DNA of 64,000 bases from Ascoidea asiatica JCM 7603 (GCA_001600695.1 BCKQ01000005.1:1-64000); one strand, 5' to 3'; numbered from the stretch's first letter, positions 36,812-47,788 are shown. The notes: generated from the sequence alone by a model not told the origin. Translations and numbers: made by a program.

Positions 36812-37181
36812 TTTTGAAAATAACTGACAATCTTATTTATATTATCACAACTAGGAATTTAGGAAAGCAATATAGATAAAAACAAAAGAAAAAGACATGA
36901 ATTGAATTGTATTGAATTGAATGAAACATTTCAGTTTATTTTATATTTTAATAGTTCAATAAAATTAATCCAATATTTTAATATTTCAATACTCCAATAT
37001 CTTAATAGTCCAATATTACATTACTCCAATACTTCGACGAATTCATAAGGTTAATTAATTAATTGTACAAAAAAATTGGCATTGTCAGTGGTGGTGGGTG
37101 GGTAGTTGTTTGGTTATCCACGATGATTGGATCTGGCGCTGGGAGAGATAGCAGAGAGCCGAGAGAGAGCAGGCGAGGCCC

Positions 37182-37217
37182 GAGTCAGCACACACGCACC
37201 AGCCACGTCCCGAGTCA
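37182..37217 (-). promoter_or_regulatory. Two TGACTC (Bas1/Gcn4-type) sites upstream of GCV1
   Basis: CCCGAGTCAG occurs twice, 30 bp apart (GAGTCA at 37182 and 37212). GCV genes are Bas1-regulated in S. cerevisiae. Confidence 0.55.
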
Positions 37218-37633
37218 GACCGGAGGGGCGCAGAAAAACGAGACCAGAAACACGGATGTGGTGAGAAGTCAGGTGACACTTTCAGCACCGGATTTGCGGG
37301 TGGCCTCTATGCTTGTCATGTGCTTGATTGAGACCAATGTGATGGATCTCCAACTGCACCCCCTGCATGGACCCGGTTCCCCCGGCAGATATATTAATTG
37401 TTGTTACGCCAAACTTAACCGCCGACACTTTTTACTACCGGTAAGTTAACTACTGGCGTTACTACTACTGCACTAAGTAGTGCAAAGTAAAAGAAAATAA
37501 AATAAAGGTCTCTTGAGTTCCAGAAAGAGCTTTTCTTCCTTGATTATATTTATATTATTGTATTAAATCTTCTCATGAGGTTTGAATTGGTGGAATACAT
37601 TCAATTATTTTTCTAATTTTTTATTATTATGAA

Positions 37634-39508
37634 ATGCTTTCTGATATAGAAAAAGAGAACATTCAAGCTTCATGTGTTCTTTCTCTTTTTCAGCGTGTTT
37701 CTTTTACTTCTGATAATGAAATTGCTACTGTTTCTTTTATTGGGTTTATCCCTAACTGGCCAGATAATTTAGCTATTGGTTTAGAATGGGATAATTATTT
37801 AGAAAAGGGGAAAAATAATGGATTTTTAAATAATTTTCAATATATTTCAACAAAATATTATAATTTTGATCCAAATTTATCTCCATGTTCATTTTTTAAA
37901 TATTCAAAATTATTATCTCAATTAAATCCACTTTCTTTATCTCATATTGATTTTATATCTGCTTTAGTTAATAAATATACTGATACTTTTCAATTATCAA
38001 CAAATCAATATAAATTTGGTTCAAAATCTATACAAAATTATGGTTTTGATAAATTAATTTCAATTAATTCAAATTTTCAAAATTTATCAATATTATCTTT
38101 AAATAATCTTAATATAAAAACTTTTAAAAGTCCAAATTCAAATTTAAATTCAAATTCAAATTCAAATTCAAATTCAAATTTCAAATTTAATTTACCTAAT
38201 CTTAAAACTTTAGATCTTTCAAATAATTTATTCAATTCTTTTGAAATTATTTTAAATATTTTATCTTTAACTCCAAATTTAATAAATTTAGATTTATCTT
38301 TTAATAAATTTTTAATTCCATTGAATTTAAAAAATTTAATTTTAAATTTTAATCCAATCAATTTCAATTCAATTAAAAATTTATCAATATCAAATAATTT
38401 ATTATCTTTAAATACTTTAAATTTATTATTATTTTTTTTTAATAATTTATCTTCATTAAATCTATCAAATAATTTCATTAATAATAAATTTATTAATGAA
38501 TTTATTATAAATTCAAAAAATTTTAATTCAAAAAATTTTAATTCAAAAAATTTTAATTCAAAAAATTTTAATTCATTAAATTCTATTAAATCAATAAATT
38601 TTTCAAATAATTATTTATTTAAATTTCCTTATAATTTATTATCTATTTTTAAAAATTTATCAATTATTAATTTATCATATAATAAAATATCTTTTAATGA
38701 AAATGATTTTTATTTATATAAAAATGATTTCAATAATAAATTAAATTCCTTAGATTTAAGAAATAATTCAATTAAAAATTGGTATGAATTAGATATAATT
38801 AATTTAAATTTTAAAAATTTATCAAATCTTAGAATTAATAATAATCCATTAATAAATTTAGAAGAATTTTCAATAAAAAATAAATATTTAAGTGAATTAG
38901 ATGAATATGAATTAAATAAAAAAATTATTGATGAAATTTTTATAAAAATTTTATTTAGATTTAATAATTCATTAATTAAAATAAATGGAACAAATATTTC
39001 AATTAATGAAAAAATAAATTCAGATTTATATTTTATTTCAAAATTTAAAGAAAATAAAATTAATAAAGATATTATATTATCAAAATATGGTATAAAAAGG
39101 TTTAATAATTTAATTAAAACTTATAAACTATCATCATATTTATTTATGAATGAATACAAAAAAGATAATGATAATGATGATGATGATGATGATGAGAAAA
39201 AAAACAAAAAAAATAATATTTTAAAAGATTTAATAAAATTAAATTTAATTTTTCATTTTAATAAAAAAAAATTAATAATTAAAAATATTAAATTTTTTAA
39301 TTCAAATACAAATATTTTTAAATTTAAAGGAATAATTTTAAAATTATTTAAATTAAATAAGTATTTACAAAATTATGAATTAAATATATTTTATAAAATT
39401 GGTAATAAAAGTTTTAAAATTGAAATTTCAAATGATTTAAAATATTTGAAAGATTTTAATTTTAAAAATGGAGATAATATTGAAATTATACCAAATTTTA
39501 TTATTTAA
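37634..39508 (+). CDS. PAC2: Tubulin folding cofactor E (CAP-Gly, LRR, UBL)
   Basis: ATVSFIGFIPNWP..GLEWD..KGKNNG CAP-Gly followed by LxxLDLSxN leucine-rich repeats. Confidence 0.88.
   Translation: MLSDIEKENIQASCVLSLFQRVSFTSDNEIATVSFIGFIPNWPDNLAIGLEWDNYLEKGKNNGFLNNFQYISTKYYNFDPNLSPCSFFKYSKLLSQLNPLSLSHIDFISALVNKYTDTFQLSTNQYKFGSKSIQNYGFDKLISINSNFQNLSILSLNNLNIKTFKSPNSNLNSNSNSNSNSNFKFNLPNLKTLDLSNNLFNSFEIILNILSLTPNLINLDLSFNKFLIPLNLKNLILNFNPINFNSIKNLSISNNLLSLNTLNLLLFFFNNLSSLNLSNNFINNKFINEFIINSKNFNSKNFNSKNFNSKNFNSLNSIKSINFSNNYLFKFPYNLLSIFKNLSIINLSYNKISFNENDFYLYKNDFNNKLNSLDLRNNSIKNWYELDIINLNFKNLSNLRINNNPLINLEEFSIKNKYLSELDEYELNKKIIDEIFIKILFRFNNSLIKINGTNISINEKINSDLYFISKFKENKINKDIILSKYGIKRFNNLIKTYKLSSYLFMNEYKKDNDNDDDDDDEKKNKKNNILKDLIKLNLIFHFNKKKLIIKNIKFFNSNTNIFKFKGIILKLFKLNKYLQNYELNIFYKIGNKSFKIEISNDLKYLKDFNFKNGDNIEIIPNFII
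38510..38575. repeat. 15-bp coding minisatellite AATTCAAAAAATTTT x4 (NSKNF repeat) in PAC2
   Basis: Four perfect tandem copies. Confidence 0.9.
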
Positions 39509-40479
39509 ATATTATCCAATTCACATTCTTTAATTAATTTTTCAATTGAGAAATTTTTATTTCCTTTAGTAAAATCATTTAATAAATTTAATCTTTGTTG
39601 ATTTTTTAATAAATCATCATTTTTTAAAGCACCATAAAATTTTTGAATATTTAATAAAATATATTGAACTTCAGATGGAGTAATAATTTTATTATTTTCA
39701 ATTAAACCATTCATTAAAACAATATTTTTTTGATTAATTAAATCAGAATGAAAAGTTAAAGTTGTATGAGGTCTTGAAAATTCATTATTTAATTTATATT
39801 CTGCTAAAGTTGTTATAATACAATGAGTTGTATTTTTTAAAGAAAATAACCATTGAATTAAATGTAATTCATGAGCATTATTATTATTATTATTATTATT
39901 ATTAATTGAGGAATCTTTTTTTGGTAATGGAATTAAAAAAATTGGATTTTTTTTTGCATTTGAATAAATAATTTTAAAAGAATCTGAATTTATAGAAGCA
40001 GATAAATAATTTAATTTATTTAAAAATCTCATTCTCCAAATCTGTTGAATTTGACTAATATTTAAAAATTTAATTTTTTCAACATCTATAAATGAATTTA
40101 AAGTTTTAAATGGAGGTTTTTCATCCAAAATTTTATTAGATTTTATAACATTTTTTGAAAAAGGAGAAAAAGGTTTATTTATATGAATTATATTTGATTG
40201 ATTTTGATTTTGATTATGATTATTTTGATCTAAAAGATATTCATAACCTTTTAAAGGATCAATTTTATTTAATTCTTTTTTTTTCAAATCAATTTGATCT
40301 TTTAATTTTAATTTTAAAGAATTAATATCTTTAAGACCTAAATCATTTGCTTTTTTTAATAATTTTTCATTATAAGATTTTAAAATAGATTCATTATCAA
40401 TTGAATTTTTTGTAGATAAGAATCTTTTATTAAGAAGAATAGGTAAATTTAAATTAAAGTTGTTTAATTTTGAAAACAT
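39505..40479 (-). CDS. ATP11: F1-ATPase beta-subunit assembly chaperone
   Basis: PPFKTLNSFIDVEKI, NAKKNPIFLIPLP, HLIQW..TTLAEYKL..RPHTTL, KNIVLMNG, NIQKFYGA. Confidence 0.93.
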   Translation of the reverse strand: MFSKLNNFNLNLPILLNKRFLSTKNSIDNESILKSYNEKLLKKANDLGLKDINSLKLKLKDQIDLKKKELNKIDPLKGYEYLLDQNNHNQNQNQSNIIHINKPFSPFSKNVIKSNKILDEKPPFKTLNSFIDVEKIKFLNISQIQQIWRMRFLNKLNYLSASINSDSFKIIYSNAKKNPIFLIPLPKKDSSINNNNNNNNNAHELHLIQWLFSLKNTTHCIITTLAEYKLNNEFSRPHTTLTFHSDLINQKNIVLMNGLIENNKIITPSEVQYILLNIQKFYGALKNDDLLKNQQRLNLLNDFTKGNKNFSIEKLIKECELDNI

Positions 40480-40664
40480 TTCAGTTCTTTTCAGTTCTTT
40501 TCAGTTCTTTTCTAGTTATTGTTTATTATCTTATATATTTTCAAAAGAATTGTCATATAAATTGTCATATAAATTATCATATAAATGATCGAATCAACTA
40601 TCAAATAAATTATGGAATAAATTTCATCAAATTCATTGAATAAACTAAATTAATGCAAAATGAG

Positions 40665-40671
40665 CGGGTAA
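40665..40671. promoter_or_regulatory. Reb1-type site CGGGTAA upstream of ATP11
   Basis: Exact consensus (TTACCCG on the minus strand). Confidence 0.45.
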
Positions 40672-40789
40672 CAGAAAGAGAAGCAAAACAGGTGAGGCCA
40701 GTGTTATGGATCTTCTTCAAAAGCAGTTTTACTCTTGCAACAAACACTCTTGTTTATTATCAGAATCATTATCAGCAGTAAGTATATGA

Positions 40790-41200
40790 CTATGCAGCAG
40801 GATTGGAAGCAGTTTGAGGGGCTGTTGAAGACTGGAGCTTGGAATGGCAGGCCTGTTCAATTGTCCTGACTTCGAGAAGCTCTCTGGAAGACTGAGCAGC
40901 AGCAGCAGCAGCAGAAACAGCAGCAGCAGCAGAAGCAGCAGAAGCAGCGAGGAAAAGAGCCCGGACCCTGCCAGCGTCCAGCAAGCACTGCTGGTATTGC
41001 TGCTCGAAGTACAACCGCTGGAGATGGCCCACGAGCCTTGCTCTGGTGGCCCTGAGGCCAAGGTCCCACCGAGCCACTTCCTCCGAGCCCACGTCCACCT
41101 GGAGAAAGTGCTCGTCCTGAAGCAACGGGCCCTGGGCATGGAAAAGAAGCTTCTGGGCAGCAAAAGCAGCAGCAGTCTGGCTTTTTCTTCTTCTGAGCAT
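40790..41200 (-). CDS. Small GC-rich hypothetical protein (136 aa) with a TPR-like helical segment
   Basis: ATG at 41200. The sequence QKLLFHAQGP..WDL..RARLVGHLQRLYFEQQYQQCL looks protein-like and resembles an uncharacterised yeast family as I recall it. It avoids CTG like its neighbours, whereas the overlapping frames do not. Confidence 0.65.
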   Translation of the reverse strand: MLRRRKSQTAAAFAAQKLLFHAQGPLLQDEHFLQVDVGSEEVARWDLGLRATRARLVGHLQRLYFEQQYQQCLLDAGRVRALFLAASAASAAAAVSAAAAAAQSSRELLEVRTIEQACHSKLQSSTAPQTASNPAA

Positions 41201-41227
41201 TGCAACAAGCACCTTTGGAGACAATTC

Positions 41228-41273
41228 AATACAGCTATCCAATACAGCTATCCAATACAGCTATCCAATACAG
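41228..41273. repeat. 13-bp tandem repeat AATACAGCTATCC x3.5
   Basis: Perfect copies at 41228, 41241 and 41254, and a partial copy at 41267. Confidence 0.9.
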
Positions 41274-41355
41274 TCAACTCAACTAACTCAATTCAAATCA
41301 ACTGTTTCAATTTAACACAAAACCAAATCAGAATCTGAAATTATTATTTTTCTGC

Positions 41356-41362
41356 CGGGTAA
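41356..41362. promoter_or_regulatory. Reb1-type site CGGGTAA upstream of the small GC-rich gene
   Basis: Exact consensus about 155 bp upstream of the ATG at 41200. Confidence 0.45.
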
Positions 41363-41538
41363 TCTCTCCCCACCAGCCACACGGCACTAGCCACGCGTTG
41401 CTTATCATCGATATTCTGCATGTTCGTTTCCTTAGTTTTTCTCTATATACTACTAACTTACTTACTGTTCATTTAAAACTATATACAATTGCAAATAATG
41501 AAATATCTAATAATTATTGAATTAATAATAATTTTACT

Positions 41539-43269
41539 TCATTTCATTCCAATGATCTCTTTAAATGAATCTTCAAAAATCTTAGCTTTAATTCTTCCTT
41601 GACTAATTCTCATTGCTTGTCCAATTAAAACTTGAATTGAGTTAAGTCTTTCTCCATTTTTTAAATTTAAAACAATTTCTTTATTTGATTCAATTATATT
41701 TAAACAAATTTCTTTAATTTCTTTATTTATATTAACATCTTTATAAATTTTTGTAAGATTATTTAATTCAAATTCTTCCATAATCTCAAAAACTTTTTTA
41801 TTTCTAATTTTTTCATCTTTCCAATTTTCAATTAAATATGATAAAATTATTTTACCACTACTTGTTGTTAATTTTTCTTCTTCATAAATTAATATTAATA
41901 ATTCTGAAAATTTTTCAATTGAAATAATTTCTTCAATTTTAATTTCATTTTCAATTTCATTTTCAATTTCTTTTTCAATTTCTTTATGTATTTCTTTATA
42001 AATTTCAAATTTTTTTAAATTACCTAAAAATTCATGAAATATCCAATTATTTGGAATTTTAAAATTTAATTTATTTTTTATACAACTTTCTTCAATAATT
42101 TTTAAATAAAATTTTAAAAGTCCTGGATAATTTTCATTAATTAATAATTTACATTCTTTAATATTTAAATTATATGGTTTATTAATTAATTTAAAAATTA
42201 AATCTTCTGGTAAATTTTTTATATATTTTTTCTTAATTTCTTTTAAAATATTTTTATCTAATTTAATTTTTGATAATTCTGGATCTGGCATATATCTATA
42301 ATCAATTGAATTTTCTTTATTTCTTAATTTTTCTGTTTTATTTAATTCATTATTCCATCTTCTTGTTTCTTGAATTATTAAAAAATTTTTACCTTCTTTA
42401 ATTAATTTCATTTGTCTTTTATATTCATATTTAATTGCATTAATAATATTTGAAGTATTTGATAAATTTTTAATTTCAACTTTATTATTATTATTAATAC
42501 TAATATTAACATCAATTCTCATTGTACCTGTTTCTAAATTTGATGTACAAATATTTAAAAATTTTAAAATCATTTCATATTTCTTAATAAATCCTTTAAC
42601 TTGTTTTAAATCTTCAAAATCAGGTTTTGTAACTAATTCTATTAATGGTATATTACTTCTATTAAAATCAATTTTAGTTTCTCCATTTAAATTATAAATT
42701 AATTTTCCAGTATCTTGTTCAATTTGAATTTGTTCAATATTAATAATTTTTTCATTTTCTTTAATTCCATCAAATTTCGAATTTAATTTTAATTCTCCTT
42801 CTTTAAAAATTGGTTCATAATGTTGAGTAATTTGATATCCTAATGGTTGATCTAAATAAAAATAATGTTTTCTATCAAATGATGAATTTAAATTAATCTT
42901 ACAATTCAATGCAATTCCACATTTTAAAACTAATAATAATATTTCTTTATTTAAAATTGGTTGAGTACCTGGTAATCCAATATCAAAATATGATACATTA
43001 CTATTTGGATTAATATTTCTATTAAATTCATGATTTTCTGAAAATGAAAATAATTTTTTTTTACTTTTTAATTGAGAATGAATCTCTAATCCACATTTTA
43101 ATTTAAATTCTGGTATTAATTTAAATTCTTCTTTATTATTATATCCATAATTACTATTATTATTAATATCTTTTGAAATTTTACTGAAATTTCTTTTTAT
43201 ACTTCTAAAATATTTGGTATTTCTAATGATTTCCTTTTTAATGTTTCTACTTATATTTGAAACAACCAT
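41539..43269 (-). CDS. PET112: Mitochondrial glutamyl-tRNA(Gln) amidotransferase subunit B
   Basis: KCGLEIHSQL, FDRKHYFYLDQPLGYQITQ, IQIEQDTGK, IELVTKPD, DYRYMPDPEL; ATG at 43269. Confidence 0.96.
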   Translation of the reverse strand: MVVSNISRNIKKEIIRNTKYFRSIKRNFSKISKDINNNSNYGYNNKEEFKLIPEFKLKCGLEIHSQLKSKKKLFSFSENHEFNRNINPNSNVSYFDIGLPGTQPILNKEILLLVLKCGIALNCKINLNSSFDRKHYFYLDQPLGYQITQHYEPIFKEGELKLNSKFDGIKENEKIINIEQIQIEQDTGKLIYNLNGETKIDFNRSNIPLIELVTKPDFEDLKQVKGFIKKYEMILKFLNICTSNLETGTMRIDVNISINNNNKVEIKNLSNTSNIINAIKYEYKRQMKLIKEGKNFLIIQETRRWNNELNKTEKLRNKENSIDYRYMPDPELSKIKLDKNILKEIKKKYIKNLPEDLIFKLINKPYNLNIKECKLLINENYPGLLKFYLKIIEESCIKNKLNFKIPNNWIFHEFLGNLKKFEIYKEIHKEIEKEIENEIENEIKIEEIISIEKFSELLILIYEEEKLTTSSGKIILSYLIENWKDEKIRNKKVFEIMEEFELNNLTKIYKDVNINKEIKEICLNIIESNKEIVLNLKNGERLNSIQVLIGQAMRISQGRIKAKIFEDSFKEIIGMK

Positions 43270-43589
43270 TTTCAATAAAACCTTTGATCATTCAATCATT
43301 CAATCATCCAATTACTATTGATATTTATTCTTCTTCTTCCTCTTCTTCATTTACATTCTTCAGTCAAGTTTTATTATTCATATATCAATTATACTATTAT
43401 TTTATTATTTTACTGTAAAGTTACAACTCGGCGCTTAACCAAAACGGTCTTTGTCTTCTTGAATACGGTAACTTTACCAGTTAGTAACGTTAAACTTACT
43501 TGATATAAATACTACAATTACTACAATTACAAAACTTCTTTTAATAAGTAATTTTATTCAAATATTTCATATATCTTTGATTATATATA

Positions 43590-44699
43590 TTATAAACTTA
43601 TTCTTTGAGCAATTTTTATTGTATCTGCCAAAACTCCTGCAGCTGTAACTTCTGCTCCAGCTCCAGCTCCTTGAATAATTAATGGATTTGAATAACGTTC
43701 TGTTAAGAAACTAATAACATTATCTGATCCTGTTAAACTTGCAAATGGATGTGATTTATCATATTTTTGAAGTCCAACAAATACTTCATTATTCTTAATA
43801 TCTATTTTTCCAACATATCTTAATATTTTGCCTTCTAATTCTGCTTTTTCTTTTTTAATTTTCATTTCATTATCAAATTTTGGTATATCTTTTAAAAATT
43901 GATTTGTTGAAATTTCTGTTCCAATTAATTCTTTTGGAATTAATGTTTCAATATTTAAATCTTTTAATGAATTTAATTTAAATCCTGATAATCTAGCTAA
44001 AATAATTATTTTTCTTGCAAAATCTAATCCACCTAAATCATCTCTTGGATCTGGTTCTGTATAACCTAAATCTTTAGCTTTAAAAACAATATCACTAAAA
44101 TTACAATTTCTTTCATTTGATGTGAATGAATTAAAAATAAATGATAAAGATCCTGAAAATATACCTTCAATTTCAATAATTTTATCTCCTGTATTAATTA
44201 AATCATTTAAGGTACTAATAATTGGTAAACCTGCTCCAACTGTTGCTTCATGATAAATTAAAGCACCAGATTTATTAATTTTTGGATTATTAAAAATTTT
44301 ATTCCATAATTCAATATCATCAGAAAATGCTTTTTTATTTGGAGTTGCAATAGATATACCATTTTCCAAAAATATTGGATATGAATTTGCTAAATCTAAA
44401 TTTGAAGTATTATCAATAATAATTGAATTTAAATTACAATTACAATCTAATGATTTTAAATATTCAAGAAGTGATTCAGAATTTAAACTTGATGAATTTG
44501 ATTCTAATAAATTTGATTTCCATGTTGAATTTGATAATTTTAAACCTGTTGAAGATTTCAATGATTTTTTAGAATTTCCAATATAAACAATATTATAATT
44601 AATCTCACTACAAACTTTCGATAAATTAATTAATTGATTGATATATGCAGAACCAACAAGACCAGCTCCAACAATTGCAATATTAACAGATTTAACCAT
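43590..44699 (-). CDS. HOM6: Homoserine dehydrogenase
   Basis: GAGLVG, ATPNKKAF, HEATVGAGLP, GYTEPDPRDDL, QGAGAGAEVTAAGV. Confidence 0.97.
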   Translation of the reverse strand: MVKSVNIAIVGAGLVGSAYINQLINLSKVCSEINYNIVYIGNSKKSLKSSTGLKLSNSTWKSNLLESNSSSLNSESLLEYLKSLDCNCNLNSIIIDNTSNLDLANSYPIFLENGISIATPNKKAFSDDIELWNKIFNNPKINKSGALIYHEATVGAGLPIISTLNDLINTGDKIIEIEGIFSGSLSFIFNSFTSNERNCNFSDIVFKAKDLGYTEPDPRDDLGGLDFARKIIILARLSGFKLNSLKDLNIETLIPKELIGTEISTNQFLKDIPKFDNEMKIKKEKAELEGKILRYVGKIDIKNNEVFVGLQKYDKSHPFASLTGSDNVISFLTERYSNPLIIQGAGAGAEVTAAGVLADTIKIAQRISL

Positions 44700-45124
44700 C
44701 TTGAATTTTATATATTATCAGTATCAGTATCAAAACCAAAAAGTAATTACAATATTACAATATGAAGTTTTTTACTAATAAAAAAGGTGAATAAATATTC
44801 CTTTCAAATTGGGTACGAAGATGAGTCCTTGAATCGAATCGAATCGAATCGAATGGCTTTAAAGAATGCTTTCAGACTCGAAAAAAAAAAATAGCAGGAG
44901 TTACCCCGATTGACGAATCAGATCTCGAGTAGCGAATTTTACCACTCCACTGTATCTAGACTCTACAGTACTATTAAGAGTAGGTACGTGCTAGAAATAA
45001 TACTCAAAAATAAGCTTAGTTTTGAAAAGAATATTAATTGGATTTTTAATTGATATATTAAATATTTACAGATTAAATGTACAATATGTATATTTCAAAT
45101 ACCTTTAGGAAAAATAAAATAAAA

Positions 45125-47415
45125 TTATGAGGTTGGATGTGTTTTTTCCTTTTGTTTTCTTTCTTCTATTTCACGTAAATTTCTATTATAGTTTTTAAGA
45201 TTTTCAATCTCTTTACTTAACTCATCAATATTACTTTCATTTAATTTTTTTAAATTACTAAGAATATTTTCAACTGAAGTTAAATTATCTTCAACATTAT
45301 CAATTTCATAAAACTTATCATCATGAACAATTGGTCTTGAATGTTCTCTTTGCAGATTCATTAATTCACTTAAAAATGAATTTGGGTCTGAAATTAATTC
45401 TTTAAATCTACCAGTTTCAACCATTTTACCTTCATTTATAACAATGACTCTAGTTGCAGATTTAATTGTTGAAATTCTATGGGCGATTGAAATTGTTGTT
45501 AAATTACTCATAGTTCTTGCTTTTATTGTTTCTGAAATTGCAGATTCACTTTCTGAATCTAAAGCACTTGTAGCTTCATCTAAAATTAAAATTTTTGGTT
45601 TTAATATTAAAGCTCTTGCAAGTGCAATTCTTTGTTTTTGACCACCAGATAATTGAGCCCCTCTTGGTCCAACAGTTGTTTTTAAACCATTTGGAAATTT
45701 ATTTAAAAATTTTTCACAATTTGCCATTTTTATAGCATTTTTAATATCTTTATCAGTGGCATTTGGAAAACCATATTTAATATTATCTTCAATTGAACCA
45801 GAAAATAAAAGTGGCTCTTGTTGAACTAAACCAATTATACGTCTATAATTTTTTAAATTAAAAGTTTGAATATCTTTATGATCAATTAAAACACTACCAG
45901 AATCAGGATCATAAAATCTTAATAATAAATGTATTACAGTTGATTTTCCAGAACCTGAAGGTCCAACTAAACAAATATGTTCACCAGGTAAAATTTTAAA
46001 ATTTAAACCTTTTAAAATCATTTGATCAGGTCTTGTTGGATAAGAAAAATGAATATTTTTAAATTCAACTTCACCTTTAACTAAAGAATTATAATTACCA
46101 ATTTTTGAATTAGAAATTTTTATACCAACAGTTGATGGAATTAATGGTTTTCTATCATTCAATTCAAAAACTCTTGAAGCTGCACCAATACCTTTCATTA
46201 ATTCAGAATAAAAATTAGAAAGTCCAAACATTGAAGAACCAGTATAAACAGCATACATCATAAAAGAAGTTAAATCACCAACAGTTATTTCATTATGCCT
46301 AACCATTGAAGTACCAAGAGATAATAAAAGTAATAAAGCAGAATTTCCAATAAAACCAGTTGTACCAAAAAATATACCAGTTAATTTTGCTTCTTTAAAA
46401 CCAACAGAAAATACATTTCTAACTTGTTTTGAAAAATTATGAATTTCAGTTCTTTCACCATTAAAAGATTGTATAGTTTTTGTTGAAGATAAAGATTCTT
46501 CAGCAACTTTTGTTAAAGTACCAACTTCTTCTTGTAATTTTTTTGAAATTGATCTAATTTTTCTACCATAACCAATTGAAAATAAAAGTAATGGAGGAGC
46601 TAATAAACATAAATAAGCAGTTAATTTAACAGAAACAAATAACATCATTGATAAACCAACAGTACCAGATATTATAGCTCTAAAACCATCAGAAAGATTT
46701 TGAGTTACAGATCTTGTTATAATTGAAGAATCATTTGTTAATCTTGAAATTAAATCACCAACTTTATTATAATCTAAAAAAGTTGCATCTTGTTCTAAAG
46801 ATTTTTTAATAATTCTAACTCTTAAACGAGCAATAACTCTTTCACCAATAGTTTTTAATAATATAATTCTAGTTGAATTTGCAATTGCGCCTATAAAGAA
46901 TAAAGAACCCAAGGAGAAAAAAAAAACATTTAATGGCATTCCAAATACTATTGGAGAATTATTATTATTGTTGTTATTATCCGAATTGGAATCAGAATTT
47001 GAATCAGGCTGCACTAAGGAAGAAGAAGAGTTTTTAAATTTGTCTATAATATTGTTTATGAATGATATTGAATCATTTGAAGAATCACTTGATGGGTCAA
47101 CAGATGAATCATTAGATGAATCATTAGATGAATCATTAGATGAATCTATAGATGAAGATAGTTTTGAAGAAGAAGAAGAAGAATTTTTACCAGTATCTAA
47201 TAGTTTACCAATTACAAGAGGTAAAAGCATACTTATAGTTGAAGATATTATTAAGGCTATTAAAGCAAAAAATAAGAATTTTAATTCTGGTTTTGCAAGA
47301 GTGAATAATTTTCTAATTGATTCTAAATCTTTATAATTTCTAGGAGATTCATTTTTTGGAGTTAAACGTAAATCTTCAACTTTGAATCTTCTTGACGGGG
47401 GTAAATTATCACTTA

Positions 47416-47461
<46 letters not shown>

Positions 47462-47788
47462 GCTTACATTATTTACATTATTTACATTATTTTTTATATT
47501 ACTAGTATTGGAATCATTTGAATAAAATCTTTTAGAAAATAATAAAGTAACTGGGTTTATTTTAGATGTATTATAATATATATTATTATTTGATATTTTA
47601 TTATTTGAAATATAAATTGGAGAAAGAATTAAATTATGTAAGTTATTATTATTATTATTATTATTGAAATTATATATTATTTTTGGATTATTCAAATATA
47701 AATCATTTTTTATTAAAAAAATACTTGAAAAAAATTTATTAAATGAAGGTAAAGATAACTTTAGGGAAAATGTTTTATTTAAGCTCAT
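45125..47788 (-). CDS. MDL1: Mitochondrial half-type ABC transporter (ABCB10-like)
   Basis: SFMMYAVYTGSSMFGLSNFYSELMKG, GPSGSGKS, LSGGQKQRIA, LDEATSALD; closer to Mdl1 than Mdl2 by recalled motifs. Confidence 0.85.

Noticed and set aside
37063-37449. 128-aa ORF between GCV1 and PAC2
   Set aside because: TTG start, lies in the GC-rich divergent promoter, and has no protein-like features.
40844-41338. Plus-strand 164-aa ORF (and minus 40729-41229)
   Set aside because: Shadow frames of the GC-rich gene. They are rich in CTG, which real genes here avoid, and the plus ORF runs through a 13-bp non-triplet repeat.
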